DNA from: Bacteroidales bacterium
GTDB lineage: Bacteria > Bacteroidota > Bacteroidia > Bacteroidales > JAADGE01
Length of the DNA: 64,000 nt
Assembly: GCA_021648725.1 (NCBI GenBank)
Contig: JAKISF010000002.1
Span: forward strand, 32,002-96,001
Direction of reading: 5' to 3'
The notes under the pieces were generated by a model that saw only the letters and a list, made by a program, of their open reading frames with translations, did no database searches and was not told where the DNA came from. Below are positions 8,780 through 19,435 of this stretch, one piece after another. Both the position numbers and the translations under genes were made by a program. Position 1 is the stretch's first letter. Each line of letters begins with the position of its first letter.

Positions 8780-9292
8780 ATGAATAGGTTTATAATTAAG
8801 TTCAGAGGTTTAAGCGAAGAAAAGTACCGTTTTGAAGCAGATGATACTTTTTTTAATCAATTTAAAGAAAGTGAAATAAAAAAAGGAACGGTTCACTTTG
8901 ATGTGAAAATGGTTTTTAACAAAAACTTGATTACATTAAATATATCGTTAAAAGGAAATGTTTTTGTTGAATGCGACAGATGTTTAGATTACTTTTATCA
9001 GAAAATAAAACATAAAACCATTCTTTATGTTGAGTTCGGGTATGAAAACTCGGACATAACAGATGTTGACAATAAAATAATATTGAGTAACAAAGAAAAC
9101 GAAATAGTTCTTGATAAGCATTTTTACGATTATATACATTTAAGTTTACCGTATCAAAAAGTTCACCCGAAACACAATAACGGTAATTCAGGTTGTAATA
9201 TTGAAATGATTAATAAAATGGCGGAATTTTCTTCCGTAAATAATAAGAAAACAGACCCCAGATGGGATCAATTAAAAAATCTTTTTAATTAA
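8780..9292 (+). CDS. DUF177 (YceD-like) protein
   Basis: It sits in the conserved position immediately upstream of rpmF. Size, acidic composition and the C.RC... pattern (VECDRCLDYF) fit the DUF177 family. The start is moved to the ATG at 8780 because of the -7 box; the track ORF begins at GTG 8759. Confidence 0.75.
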   Translation: MNRFIIKFRGLSEEKYRFEADDTFFNQFKESEIKKGTVHFDVKMVFNKNLITLNISLKGNVFVECDRCLDYFYQKIKHKTILYVEFGYENSDITDVDNKIILSNKENEIVLDKHFYDYIHLSLPYQKVHPKHNNGNSGCNIEMINKMAEFSSVNNKKTDPRWDQLKNLFN

Positions 9293-9320
9293 AAATAACA
9301 GACTATTAAAATAAATAAAC

Positions 9321-9506
9321 ATGGCACATCCTAAAAGAAAAATATCTAAACAAAGAAGAGATAAACGTCGAACACACATTAAAGCAACAACCCAACAACT
9401 GTCAACGTGTTCAAATTGCGGAGCAACCGTAAGGTATCATACAGTTTGCTCTGAATGCGGTCATTACAGAGGAAAATTGGCAATTGAGAAAGAAGAAGCA
9501 TTGTAG
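9321..9506 (+). CDS. rpmF: 50S ribosomal protein L32
   Basis: MAHPKRKISKQRRDKRRTH is the canonical L32 N-terminus. The four-Cys zinc ribbon CSNCG...CSECG is present. Confidence 0.95.
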   Translation: MAHPKRKISKQRRDKRRTHIKATTQQLSTCSNCGATVRYHTVCSECGHYRGKLAIEKEEAL

Positions 9507-9559
9507 TTACGTATTTATAGGTTTCTCCATCGGAAATTTATAACATATAACAATCAAAG

Positions 9560-9587
9560 CCGGTATTTTAATCAATACCGGTTTTTG
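9560..9587 (+). terminator. rho-independent terminator after rpmF
   Basis: CCGGTATT (9560-9567) pairs with AATACCGG (9574-9581) and is followed by TTTTT. Confidence 0.7.
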
Positions 9588-9689
9588 TCTTTGAATTATA
9601 TGAATTTATTAAACTAAAATTGATGAAAATATTTTGTTTCCTTTAAACTAAACTATATTTTCGTGCTTATTTTCAAAATAATATATAAA

Positions 9690-10685
9690 ATGACAAAAAT
9701 AAATGCAGCAATTACCGGAATAGGCGGATATGTCCCCGATTATATTTTAACAAATGACGAACTATCTACTATGGTTGACACGTCTGACGAATGGATAATG
9801 ACACGAATCGGAATAAAAGAAAGACATATACTCAAAGAAGAAGGAAAAGGAACTTCTGACATGGGTGCAGAAGCAGTAAAACAATTATTAACAAAAACCG
9901 GAACAAAACCGGAAGAAGTTGATTTGTTAATTTGTACAACAGTTACACCTGATATGCAATTTCCGGCAACTGCAAATATTATTTCAGATAAAATAGGTAT
10001 AAAAAATGCTTTCAGTTTTGACTTAAATGCAGGATGTTCGGGATTTTTATTCGGAATGTCAACCGCATCTAAATTCATTCAATCCGGTCATTATAAGAAA
10101 GTTGTGCTGGTAGGTGCAGATAAAATGTCTTCAATTGTTGATTATACCGATCGCTCCGTAAGCCCGATATTTGGAGACGGTGCCGGAGCTGTTTTATTTG
10201 AGCCCACAACTGAAGACGTAGGATTTATTGACGAAAAATTACATGTTGACGGTTCAGGACGTGTACACCTCCATCAAAAAGCCGGGGGTTCGGTAAAACC
10301 GGCTTCACATGAAACGGTTGATGCTCGTGAACACTTTATTTATCAGGAAGGACAGGCTGTTTTTAAGGCTGCTGTAAAAGGAATGGCTGACATTTCCGTT
10401 GAGATGATGAAAAAACATAATTTATCTTCCGATGATATTGCATGGCTTGTTCCCCACCAAGCTAATAACAGAATTATTTCCGCAACAGCTAAAAGAATGA
10501 ATCTATCCCCCGAAAAAGTTATGATTAATATTGAACGTTACGGAAATACAACAGACGGAACCCTTCCTCTGCTTCTGTGGGAATGGGAAAAAAAGCTTAA
10601 AAAAGGTGACAAATTAATTTTTGCAACATTCGGTGCCGGCTTTACATGGGGTGCTATATATTTTAAATGGGCATACAATTCATAA
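9690..10685 (+). CDS. fabH: 3-oxoacyl-ACP synthase III (KAS III)
   Basis: [22 protein letters not shown], active-site NAGCSGF, HQAN and GNT motifs are all present. The start is placed at ATG 9690; the track ORF begins at an upstream GTG 9663. Confidence 0.95.
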   Translation: MTKINAAITGIGGYVPDYILTNDELSTMVDTSDEWIMTRIGIKERHILKEEGKGTSDMGAEAVKQLLTKTGTKPEEVDLLICTTVTPDMQFPATANIISDKIGIKNAFSFDLNAGCSGFLFGMSTASKFIQSGHYKKVVLVGADKMSSIVDYTDRSVSPIFGDGAGAVLFEPTTEDVGFIDEKLHVDGSGRVHLHQKAGGSVKPASHETVDAREHFIYQEGQAVFKAAVKGMADISVEMMKKHNLSSDDIAWLVPHQANNRIISATAKRMNLSPEKVMINIERYGNTTDGTLPLLLWEWEKKLKKGDKLIFATFGAGFTWGAIYFKWAYNS

Positions 10686-10766
10686 TTTAACATTTTTTAA
10701 CAAAGGGAAATAACTTAAAAAATAGATATTTCAATATATTTACAGAAATTTATAAAAAATATTCTC

Positions 10767-11282
10767 ATGGACTATAAAGAATTAAAAGATTTTATAAAAG
10801 CGGTTGCAAAATCCGGTGTAAGCGAAGTTGACATAAAAACAGAAAAAATGAGGTTAAGCGTCAAAGTAGGGACAGGTGGAAAAGGAGCAACACATACAGA
10901 AACAATTATTCAGCAAGTTCCTGTACACACAGCCCTTACAACAGGTCCTATTTTACAACAACCGATGCAGCAAAACTTGCAAACACAAGTACAGCCCCCT
11001 GTTAATACTGACGCAAAAGCTGAAACAGAGGATAATTCTAAATATATTACAGTTAAATCTCCGATGGTAGGAACTTTTTACAGAAAACCTTCTCCCGATA
11101 AAGATACATTTGTTAATATCGGTGATAATGTTAAAGAAAATACGGTTGTTTGTATTATTGAAGCCATGAAATTATTTAACGAAATTGAAGCAGAAGTATC
11201 CGGTAAAATTGTGAAGGTTTTAGTTGAGGATGCCAGTCCGGTTGAATTTGGACAAGATTTATTTTTGGTTGACCCAAGCTAA
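10767..11282 (+). CDS. accB: acetyl-CoA carboxylase biotin carboxyl carrier protein
   Basis: A Pro/Gln-rich linker is followed by a biotinyl-lysine motif ([12 protein letters not shown]). The gene lies directly upstream of accC. Confidence 0.93.
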   Translation: MDYKELKDFIKAVAKSGVSEVDIKTEKMRLSVKVGTGGKGATHTETIIQQVPVHTALTTGPILQQPMQQNLQTQVQPPVNTDAKAETEDNSKYITVKSPMVGTFYRKPSPDKDTFVNIGDNVKENTVVCIIEAMKLFNEIEAEVSGKIVKVLVEDASPVEFGQDLFLVDPS

Positions 11283-11333
11283 ATAAATTAAATTCTAAAC
11301 ATTTTTTCTAAAATTCAAATTACTTAAACTCAG

Positions 11334-12671
11334 ATGTTTAAAAAAATTCTAATTGCAAACAGAGGTGAAATTGCTCTTCGTATTATTCGCACATGCAAAG
11401 AAATGGGTATAAAAACCGTTGCTGTTTATTCAACAGCTGACAAAGAAAGTTTACATGTAAGATTTGCAGATGAAGCAGTTTGTATAGGACCTCCGCCCGC
11501 AAGTCAATCATATCTTGATATACCCAAAATTATTGCTGCCGCTGAAATTACAGATGCTGATGCAATTCATCCCGGTTACGGGTTTTTAGCAGAAAATGCA
11601 AAATTTTCTGCAATTTGTGAAAAACACGAAATTAAGTTTATCGGTCCGTCTGAAGATATGATAAACATGATGGGTGATAAAGCAACTGCAAAAAAAACAA
11701 TGCGGAAAGCCGGAGTTCCTGTTGTTCCCGGCTCAAAAGACATTATTGACACACCGGAAGAAGGACTTAAACTTGCAAAGGAAATGTCTTATCCCGTTAT
11801 GCTTAAAGCGACTGCAGGCGGCGGAGGAAAAGGAATGAGAATTGTTTTAAATGAAGATGAATTCATAGAAAAATGGGATGCAGCTTCACAAGAATCTTCG
11901 GCTGCATTTGGAAACGGAGATTTATACATGGAAAAATTCATCAACAATCCGCGTCATATTGAAATTCAAATTGTGGGTGACCAATTCGGAAATGCTGCTC
12001 ATTTATCCGAAAGAGATTGTTCTGTTCAAAGACGTCATCAAAAACTAGTTGAAGAAACACCATCACCTTTTATGACAGACGAATTAAGAGAGAGAATGGG
12101 GGAAGCAGCTGTTCTTGCAGCTACGTCAATTAAGTATGAAGGAGTAGGAACTGTTGAGTTTTTGGTTGACAATAAACGCAATTTCTATTTCATGGAAATG
12201 AATACCAGAATTCAAGTTGAACACCCGATAACAGAGGAAGTTATTAACTTTGATTTAATTAAAGAACAAATTAAAGTTGCAGCAGGAGCTAAAATAAGCG
12301 GAAAAAATTATTATCCTAAGCAACATGCGATTGAATGTCGTATAAATGCAGAAGACCCTTATAATGATTTCAGACCTTCTCCCGGGAAAATAACAGTTTT
12401 ACACACGCCCGGAGGACACGGCGTACGTGTTGATACTCACGTATATGCCGGATACACTATTCCTCCCCATTACGATTCAATGATTGCAAAATTAATAATT
12501 ACGGCAAGAACAAGAGAAGAGGCAATTAAAAAAATGAGACGTGCATTAGATGAATTTGTAATTGAAGGAATTAAAACAACTATCCCTTTCCATGCAAAAC
12601 TTATGAATGATAAAAAGTTTGCAGAAGGAGATTACACAACAAAGTTTATGGAAACATTTAAAATGGATTAA
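11334..12671 (+). CDS. accC: acetyl-CoA carboxylase biotin carboxylase subunit
   Basis: [24 protein letters not shown], the ATP-grasp GGGGKGMR, and [11 protein letters not shown] are present. Confidence 0.96.
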   Translation: MFKKILIANRGEIALRIIRTCKEMGIKTVAVYSTADKESLHVRFADEAVCIGPPPASQSYLDIPKIIAAAEITDADAIHPGYGFLAENAKFSAICEKHEIKFIGPSEDMINMMGDKATAKKTMRKAGVPVVPGSKDIIDTPEEGLKLAKEMSYPVMLKATAGGGGKGMRIVLNEDEFIEKWDAASQESSAAFGNGDLYMEKFINNPRHIEIQIVGDQFGNAAHLSERDCSVQRRHQKLVEETPSPFMTDELRERMGEAAVLAATSIKYEGVGTVEFLVDNKRNFYFMEMNTRIQVEHPITEEVINFDLIKEQIKVAAGAKISGKNYYPKQHAIECRINAEDPYNDFRPSPGKITVLHTPGGHGVRVDTHVYAGYTIPPHYDSMIAKLIITARTREEAIKKMRRALDEFVIEGIKTTIPFHAKLMNDKKFAEGDYTTKFMETFKMD

Positions 12672-12689
12672 ATCATTAAATATAAACAG

Positions 12690-13073
12690 ATGAAGAAGCA
12701 AAATAATATTATTTCGGAACCGGGACTTACAAACCAACTTAAAAAAGGAACAACGATAAACGGTGATTTAACATCAGAAAGTGATGCAAGAATAGACGGA
12801 ATTGTTAACGGAAATTTAAATGTTAAAGGTAAAATTATTATCGGCCCTACAGGAGAAGTTACCGGAGATATTACTTGCTCTGTTTGTGAAATTTCAGGAA
12901 AAGTTAAAGGGAAACTTAATATTGACAGCAGTTTAACTTTAAAATCCAGTGCAAATTATACCGGAGAAATGTCTTCAAACAAATTGATTATTGAGCCCGG
13001 TGCTGTCTTTAACGGTACATGCAAAATGGAATCTAAAAAAAATGCACCCGGATTTACGAACGAAAAAAAATAA
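12690..13073 (+). CDS. bactofilin-like polymer-forming cytoskeletal protein
   Basis: Repetitive beta-helical G-x-hydrophobic-x-G pattern (IDGIVNGNLNVKGKIIIGPTGEVTGDI...ISGKVKGKL) typical of the bactofilin (DUF583) domain. Confidence 0.7.
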   Translation: MKKQNNIISEPGLTNQLKKGTTINGDLTSESDARIDGIVNGNLNVKGKIIIGPTGEVTGDITCSVCEISGKVKGKLNIDSSLTLKSSANYTGEMSSNKLIIEPGAVFNGTCKMESKKNAPGFTNEKK

Positions 13074-13287
13074 AAGCTCAAAAAAACATAACCTGTCGTT
13101 AAAAAACTATGCAAAATATTCCGGCATTGCTTTTCAAATGGCGGCAATTATAATTATCGGAACATTCGGAGGATATAAATTAGACCAATATTTCGGTTTT
13201 GAAAAACACATTTTAACTCTTATTTTATCCTTGCTTTCTGTTATATTGGCTATTTATACTGCTATTAAAGATTTTCTGAAAAAATAA
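13042..13287 (+). CDS. AtpZ/AtpI-like small membrane protein
   Basis: YSGIAFQMAAIIIIGTFGGYKLDQYF plus a second TM helix matches the AtpZ pattern found ahead of Bacteroidota ATP synthase operons. The start is uncertain. The track ORF starts at 12991, inside the bactofilin gene; ATG 13042 gives a 32-nt overlap. Confidence 0.55.
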   Translation: MHPDLRTKKNKSSKKHNLSLKNYAKYSGIAFQMAAIIIIGTFGGYKLDQYFGFEKHILTLILSLLSVILAIYTAIKDFLKK

Positions 13288-13294
13288 TCAAGCT

Positions 13295-13720
13295 ATGGAA
13301 AAACTCATTCGTAAGTTCATTTTAAAAACTATATTTATTACATTAATTTTTGCCGTTATTGCAGGAGTTATTTTTTCTTTTCTTTTAAAAGACCGGTATT
13401 TTGACACATTTCCGTTTATGCTTTTAATTTTTCCGATTGTTTCGGTTATTGCCCACATTCAACTTTTAAAAGCTACAAAAAAATCATTAGCCCGGTTTAA
13501 TATTGCTTTTATGCTTAGTTTTATGTTGAAACTTTTTGTTTACATCGGGCTTGCTGCTACTATTATTTCTTTAGAAACAGAAAATAAAGCAACTTTTGTC
13601 ATCAGTATTCTTTTAATGTACCTGGTTTATACAGTATTTGATGTTAAAATGATTTTGGATGATATGAAAAAAATGACTCCCGGTAAAAAACCGAATGACA
13701 GTTCATCAAATAATATTTAA
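13295..13720 (+). CDS. hypothetical integral membrane protein (4 predicted TM helices)
   Basis: 141-aa hydrophobic ORF 8 nt after the AtpZ-like gene. No recognisable catalytic motif. Confidence 0.6.
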   Translation: MEKLIRKFILKTIFITLIFAVIAGVIFSFLLKDRYFDTFPFMLLIFPIVSVIAHIQLLKATKKSLARFNIAFMLSFMLKLFVYIGLAATIISLETENKATFVISILLMYLVYTVFDVKMILDDMKKMTPGKKPNDSSSNNI

Positions 13721-13738
13721 AAGAGCAAAATTATTTCT

Positions 13739-14512
13739 ATGAAGAATCTTCTTTCTGTAACATTTCTCTCAATCCTGCTATTTTTATCATATTCTTGCAA
13801 AAAAGATAATTTTAAACCTGAGAATATTGAACTTCCTGCTCCGGTAGGCAACCATCAAATTATTGAACATTATGCCTACACCCTTTCATATAATGAAGAA
13901 CATGAGCAAGCTGACTGGGTTGCCTATGAATTAACAAAAGAAGAGGTTCTTAATCAAACCTATGACAGAACTGATGACTTCAGAGAAGACCCCAATGTTA
14001 CAAGCACAAGTGCCCAACTTTCTGACTATGAGCCCACAAGCCAATCTTATGCCAGAGGGCATTTAGCACCTGCAGCAGATTTCAGGTGGTCTGAAACAGC
14101 AATGTCAGAAAGTTTTTATATGAGTAATATGTCTCCTATGTTACACGAATTTAACAGCGGTAAATGGTTTTATCTTGAAGCGGAAGTAAGAAATTGGGCT
14201 GAAATATATGACGGGGTTTATGTTATAACAGGGGGAATATTAAAAGACGGATTACCAACAATCGGAACAAGCGGAGTCAGCATTCCCGAAAAGTTTTACA
14301 AAATAATTTTAGACCCGGATGAAGAAAAAGCAATAGCTTTTATTATGCCAAACGAAGATATCAGAGACACATTTAAAAATTATGCTGTAACAATTGATAA
14401 AGTTGAAGAAGAAACCGGTCTTGATTTTTTTCCCGGTTTAGAAGATAAACTTGAAGAAAAAATTGAATCTACGCTAAATATGTCAAAATGGACATTTGAC
14501 TACTATAAATAG
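13739..14512 (+). CDS. secreted DNA/RNA non-specific endonuclease (Serratia NucA / EndoG family lipoprotein)
   Basis: Signal peptide with a lipobox-like SYSC. The active-site motif RGHLAPAADF and the downstream N..PM.. region are present. Confidence 0.85.
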   Translation: MKNLLSVTFLSILLFLSYSCKKDNFKPENIELPAPVGNHQIIEHYAYTLSYNEEHEQADWVAYELTKEEVLNQTYDRTDDFREDPNVTSTSAQLSDYEPTSQSYARGHLAPAADFRWSETAMSESFYMSNMSPMLHEFNSGKWFYLEAEVRNWAEIYDGVYVITGGILKDGLPTIGTSGVSIPEKFYKIILDPDEEKAIAFIMPNEDIRDTFKNYAVTIDKVEEETGLDFFPGLEDKLEEKIESTLNMSKWTFDYYK

Positions 14513-14519
14513 TTCATGT

Positions 14520-15626
14520 TTATTTAATATAATCTTCATACACATCTTTGATTCCCTCTTTTAGTCCTATCTTTTCTTTCCATCCCAAATTATTTAGCTT
14601 TTCTACATTAAGTAACTTTTGAAAAGTTCCGTCAGGTTTGTCTGTGTCCCAAATAATATTACCCTTATAATTAACAATTTCAGTTTTTATTAAATCTGCA
14701 AGCTCCGAAATTGAAATATCTCTTCCCGTACCGATATTAATATGTGTATTCCTTATTTCCTGATTTGTTAGAGGATAAACAGCTTTTTCAATATTGTAAT
14801 TATTCGATAATATCTTTTCAAAATCAATATTTTCTGCAATATGTACACATGCATCCGCCAAATCATCAGAATGTAAAAATTCTCTTCTCGGTTTTCCGCT
14901 TCCCCATAAAGTTATTGAATTTTCTGAAATACCGTACTTTTTTAAAACATTCAAAATTTCGCCTTGCCCGGCTTCACCGTTAACTCCCTCAATGGGCAAC
15001 TTATTCAAATCTTTTTTTATTGTTTCAAATTTATTTTCATTCAGAGCTTTGCCCAAATGCATCTTTCTGACCAGTGCAGGCAAAACATGAGATTTTTCTA
15101 AATCAAAATTATCGTTAAGTCCGTATAAATTTGTCGGCATTACGGCAATAAAATTTGTTCCGTATTGTAAATTATAACTTTCAATCATTTTAATTCCTGC
15201 AATTTTTGCAATTGCATAAGGTTCGTTTGTATATTCAAGTTCAGAAGTTAATAAAAAATCTTCCTCCATCGGTTGCGGGCTGTTTTTGGGGTAAATACAC
15301 GAACTTCCCAAAAAAACAAGTTTCTCGACATCCGCTAAATAAGATTGATGAATTATGTTGTTCTGAATTTGCAAATTATCATAAATAAATTCGGCTCTGT
15401 ATGTATTATTTGCTACAATACCGCCTACCTTTGCCGCTGCCAAAAAAACAACATCCGGTTTTTCCTTTTCAAAAAAATCCTTTACCGTTTGCTGGTTTCT
15501 TAAATCATATTCAGAATGAGGAGTAAAAATAAAATTAACATATCCGTTTGATTTTAAGCCCCTTACTATCGAGCTCCCGACTAAACCGTTTGCTCCTGCA
15601 ACATATATTTTTGAATCTTTATTCAT
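14520..15626 (-). CDS. fcl: GDP-L-fucose synthase (GDP-4-keto-6-deoxymannose 3,5-epimerase/4-reductase)
   Basis: N-terminal Rossmann motif IYVAGANGLVGSSIVR, then GSSCIYPK and YAIAK (the YxxxK catalytic motif). Confidence 0.88.
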   Translation of the reverse strand: MNKDSKIYVAGANGLVGSSIVRGLKSNGYVNFIFTPHSEYDLRNQQTVKDFFEKEKPDVVFLAAAKVGGIVANNTYRAEFIYDNLQIQNNIIHQSYLADVEKLVFLGSSCIYPKNSPQPMEEDFLLTSELEYTNEPYAIAKIAGIKMIESYNLQYGTNFIAVMPTNLYGLNDNFDLEKSHVLPALVRKMHLGKALNENKFETIKKDLNKLPIEGVNGEAGQGEILNVLKKYGISENSITLWGSGKPRREFLHSDDLADACVHIAENIDFEKILSNNYNIEKAVYPLTNQEIRNTHINIGTGRDISISELADLIKTEIVNYKGNIIWDTDKPDGTFQKLLNVEKLNNLGWKEKIGLKEGIKDVYEDYIK

Positions 15627-15673
15627 AATTTATTTATTCCTTTAAACAAAATTCAAAATAAGTAATAATTTTT

Positions 15674-15681
15674 TAACTTTG
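15674..15681 (+). promoter_or_regulatory. TAnnTTTG -7 box
   Basis: TAACTTTG lies 22 nt upstream of the ATG at 15704. Confidence 0.35.
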
Positions 15682-15703
15682 AGAACTTATAAAAACAAAA
15701 CCG

Positions 15704-16351
15704 ATGAAAGTACACCGATTAGTTTTCAGTTCATTTGAAGTTAACACTTACATTGTCAGCGATAAATCTAACGAATGTGTTATTATTGACCCTGCTTGCA
15801 AGAATAAACAAGAGCAAAATTATTTACTGAACTTTTTGAAGGAACAACGTTTAAAACCGGTAAAATTATTAAACACGCATTGCCATCTCGATCACGTTTT
15901 TGGGAATAAATTTGTAAGCGATACATTCAACCTTGAAACCGAAGCACATAAAGAAGAAGAATTTAATATTACAAATTCTGTCAATGCAGCAAATCTTTAC
16001 GGTGTACAAATGGAAAAACCTTACCCGGTAAAAAAATTTCTTAAAGAAGGCGATAAAATTAAGTTCGGGGTTTCAGAATTAGAAATGTTTCACGTCCCGG
16101 GGCATACAGCAGGAAGTATCGTTTTTTATAATAAAAAAGAAAAACTTGCAATAGTCGGAGATGTTCTTTTTAACGGCAGCATAGGAAGAACCGATCTTCC
16201 CGGCGGAGATTTCGATACTTTAATAAACGGCATAAAAACCAAATTATTTAAATTGGACGATTCGGTAACGGTATATCCGGGACACGGTCCGGCAACAAGC
16301 ATAGGAAAAGAAAAACAAACCAATCCGTTTTTATCCGGAACTCAATTATAA
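15704..16351 (+). CDS. MBL-fold metallo-hydrolase (glyoxalase II-like)
   Basis: THCHLDHVFG metal-binding motif, HVPGHTAGS, and GD.LF.GSIGRTD. Confidence 0.88.
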   Translation: MKVHRLVFSSFEVNTYIVSDKSNECVIIDPACKNKQEQNYLLNFLKEQRLKPVKLLNTHCHLDHVFGNKFVSDTFNLETEAHKEEEFNITNSVNAANLYGVQMEKPYPVKKFLKEGDKIKFGVSELEMFHVPGHTAGSIVFYNKKEKLAIVGDVLFNGSIGRTDLPGGDFDTLINGIKTKLFKLDDSVTVYPGHGPATSIGKEKQTNPFLSGTQL

Positions 16352-16498
16352 ACTGTTATCTCTTTTCTTAAACTATGTTTAAAAAATACTTTTTTTATTG
16401 ATAATTATCACCTCAAACAAAATAGTAATTACTAATTTTACTGAAAAACAGAAAAGAAATATAAGTATTTTATTTAACTTATAATAAGCACATTAACC

Positions 16499-19366
16499 AT
16501 GCAAACAGATAGGTTTTCAAATCGTCACATCGGCCCTCGCAACAATGACATTAAAGATATGTTATCAACAATCGGTTTAAATTCCGTTGATGAATTAATT
16601 GATAAAATTGTTCCTGATTCTATTCTTTTGAAAAAAGAATTAAAACTTGATAAAGCAATAAGTGAATATGATTATCAAAAGAATATTGCAAAAATAATTG
16701 CAAAAAATAAAATATATAAAACATATATAGGAACGGGATATTACAATACAATAAGCCCTGCCGTTATTATCAGAAATGTTCTTGAAAACCCTGTTTGGTA
16801 CACTTCTTACACACCTTATCAGGCAGAAATTTCACAAGGAAGATTAGAAGCTCTTTTAAATTTCCAAACCGTTATTACCGAATTAACAGCTTGCGAAATT
16901 GCAAATGCTTCTTTATTAGATGAAGCAACAGCAGCATCCGAAGCAATGATAATGATGGCAAATTCTCGTAACCGAAAAGCTGTTAAAGAAGGAACAAATG
17001 TTCTTTTTGTTGACGAAAACATTTTTCCGCAAACATTAGAAGTGATTCTCGGTAAAGCTGAGCCTTTGGACATTAAAATTGAAACCGGCAGCTTTAAAAG
17101 TTGCGAACTACATGATAAAATTTTTGGTGCAATAATTCAATATCCTGCAAATGACGGAAAAATTTATAATTATTCCGAGTTCACAAAAGCAGCACATGAA
17201 AAAGGAATTTTAGTAAGTGTCGCAGCTGATTTATTAAGCCTTGCAATTTTAACTCCTCCCGGAGAATGGGATGCCGACATTGTTTTCGGCACAACACAAC
17301 GTTTCGGAATTCCTATGGGCTACGGCGGACCTCATGCAGCATATTTTGCAACAAGAGAAAATTTCAAAAGAAAAATTCCCGGCAGAATTATAGGTGTTTC
17401 AAAAGATGTTCACGGTAACAAAGCATTACGTATGGCATTGCAAACTCGCGAGCAGCATATAAAACGAGAAAAAGCAACCTCAAACATTTGTACGGCACAG
17501 GCTCTTTTAGCAACAATGGCAGGGATGTATGCTGTTTATCACGGAAAAGAAGGTTTGATTGATATTGCTTCATCAATTCATGCAAAAGCAAACATTATTT
17601 CCGAACAAATTACAAAACTCGGCTATAAACAAGAAAATGAAAATTATTTTGACACACTAAAAATACAACTTCCCGATTCAGTACCGGTAAAAGAGCTTAA
17701 AAAAATTGCAATTAAGAAAAAAGTAAATTTCAGATATTTTTCCGAAAATAGAATAGGAATAAGTATAAACGAAACAACTTCAATTCTTGATATAAACAAT
17801 ATACTTCGTGTATTTTCATTAGCAATCGGGAAAGACATTAAAAAAATTACTAAAATTGAAAATAGTTTCAGCTTTAATTCAAAATTTAAACGGCGAACAT
17901 CTTTTTTAAAGCAGGACGTTTTCAAAAAATATCATTCCGAAACAGAAATGATGCGCTACATTAAAATGCTTGAACGCAAAGATATGTCATTAACACATTC
18001 TATGATTTCTTTGGGTTCTTGCACAATGAAACTTAACCCTGCAACTCTGATGATGCCTTTAAGCAGTCCGTATCTTGGAGAAATTCATCCTTTTGTTCCG
18101 AAAAATCAAGCAAAAGGTTATCATCAGATATTTGAAGAACTAAAAAATGATTTATTAGAAATCACAGGTTTTGATGATATTACATTTCAGCCTAATTCCG
18201 GAGCATCGGGAGAATACACCGGACTAATGATTATCAGAGAATACCAAAAAACAACTATAGAAGAAAACAGGAATATTGTACTAATTCCGGCATCTGCTCA
18301 CGGTACAAATCCGGCAAGTGCAGTTATGGCAGGTATGGAAGTTGTTATTGTTAAATGCGATGAAAACGGTAATATTGATGTTGAAGATTTAAAAGCAAAA
18401 GCAGAAGAGCATAAAGAAAATTTATCTGCAATGATGATTACATATCCTTCTACACACGGTGTGTTTGAAACAGAAGTTGTTGAGATGTGTAAAATAATTC
18501 ACAAAAACGGAGGGCAAGTATATATGGACGGTGCAAACATGAACGCACAAGTAGGAATAACAAATCCGGCAAAAATTGGTGCTGATGTTTGCCACCTTAA
18601 CTTACATAAAACATTTGCAATTCCTCACGGCGGAGGCGGTCCCGGAGTAGGTCCCGTTGCAGTTGCAAAACACCTTTCAGGATTCTTACCCGGACACCCG
18701 ACAGTAAAAACAGGAGGAAAAAATGCAATTAAAGCTGTTTCGGCAGCACCTTGGGGCAGTGCAAGTATTCTTGGTATCACACACGGATACTTGAAAATGT
18801 TGGGAGCAGACGGGCTGCTTAATTCAACAAAAACAGCAATTTTAAATGCAAATTATATTGCCGCTTCCTTAAAAAACTATTTTAAAATTCTTTATACCGG
18901 AAAAAACGGTTATGTTGCACATGAAATGATTTTAGAATGTCGAAACTTCAAACAAGAAGCCGATATAAATGAAGCCGACATAGCAAAACGGCTTATGGAT
19001 TACGGCTTTCATGCTCCTACACTTTCATTTCCCGTTCACGGAACATTAATGGTTGAGCCTACGGAGAGCGAGTCGAAACAAGAAATGGATAAGTTCATTG
19101 AATCAATGATTTCAATATACAACGAAATTCAAGACATAAAAAACGGCAAATGTGATAAACATGATAATATGTTGAAAAATGCACCACATTGCGAGCAAGT
19201 GCTAATTTCTGACAACTGGGAACATAAATATTCCCGAGAAACAGCGGCTTATCCTTTATCGCATATCAGAACAAATAAGTTTCAAATTCCGGTAGGCAGG
19301 ATTGATGATGCATACGGTGACCGAAATTTGTTTTGTACATGCGACCCCGTTGAAAGTTTTGAATGA
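16499..19366 (+). CDS. gcvP: glycine dehydrogenase (decarboxylating), single-chain P protein
   Basis: 955 aa. Contains FSNRHIGP, YTPYQAEISQGRLEALLNFQT, and the PLP-lysine region HLNLHKTFAIPHGGGGPG. Confidence 0.96.
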   Translation: MQTDRFSNRHIGPRNNDIKDMLSTIGLNSVDELIDKIVPDSILLKKELKLDKAISEYDYQKNIAKIIAKNKIYKTYIGTGYYNTISPAVIIRNVLENPVWYTSYTPYQAEISQGRLEALLNFQTVITELTACEIANASLLDEATAASEAMIMMANSRNRKAVKEGTNVLFVDENIFPQTLEVILGKAEPLDIKIETGSFKSCELHDKIFGAIIQYPANDGKIYNYSEFTKAAHEKGILVSVAADLLSLAILTPPGEWDADIVFGTTQRFGIPMGYGGPHAAYFATRENFKRKIPGRIIGVSKDVHGNKALRMALQTREQHIKREKATSNICTAQALLATMAGMYAVYHGKEGLIDIASSIHAKANIISEQITKLGYKQENENYFDTLKIQLPDSVPVKELKKIAIKKKVNFRYFSENRIGISINETTSILDINNILRVFSLAIGKDIKKITKIENSFSFNSKFKRRTSFLKQDVFKKYHSETEMMRYIKMLERKDMSLTHSMISLGSCTMKLNPATLMMPLSSPYLGEIHPFVPKNQAKGYHQIFEELKNDLLEITGFDDITFQPNSGASGEYTGLMIIREYQKTTIEENRNIVLIPASAHGTNPASAVMAGMEVVIVKCDENGNIDVEDLKAKAEEHKENLSAMMITYPSTHGVFETEVVEMCKIIHKNGGQVYMDGANMNAQVGITNPAKIGADVCHLNLHKTFAIPHGGGGPGVGPVAVAKHLSGFLPGHPTVKTGGKNAIKAVSAAPWGSASILGITHGYLKMLGADGLLNSTKTAILNANYIAASLKNYFKILYTGKNGYVAHEMILECRNFKQEADINEADIAKRLMDYGFHAPTLSFPVHGTLMVEPTESESKQEMDKFIESMISIYNEIQDIKNGKCDKHDNMLKNAPHCEQVLISDNWEHKYSRETAAYPLSHIRTNKFQIPVGRIDDAYGDRNLFCTCDPVESFE

Positions 19367-19435
19367 TTAATTTCTGTTTGTCTTTAGAAGCTGTTAAAAA
19401 ATAAAGATTTTTAACACAAGAAGACAAAAAATGAA

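Noticed and set aside
12991-13041. The long form of the AtpZ-like ORF, starting at 12991 deep inside the bactofilin gene.
   Set aside because: The first 17 codons overlap the bactofilin coding frame and encode nothing AtpZ-like. ATG 13042 keeps the whole conserved part. The exact start remains uncertain.
16352-16498. A possible glycine riboswitch in the 147-nt leader of gcvP.
   Set aside because: The region is extremely AT-rich. It lacks the conserved GGAGAG...CACCG-type cores and any convincing paired structure.
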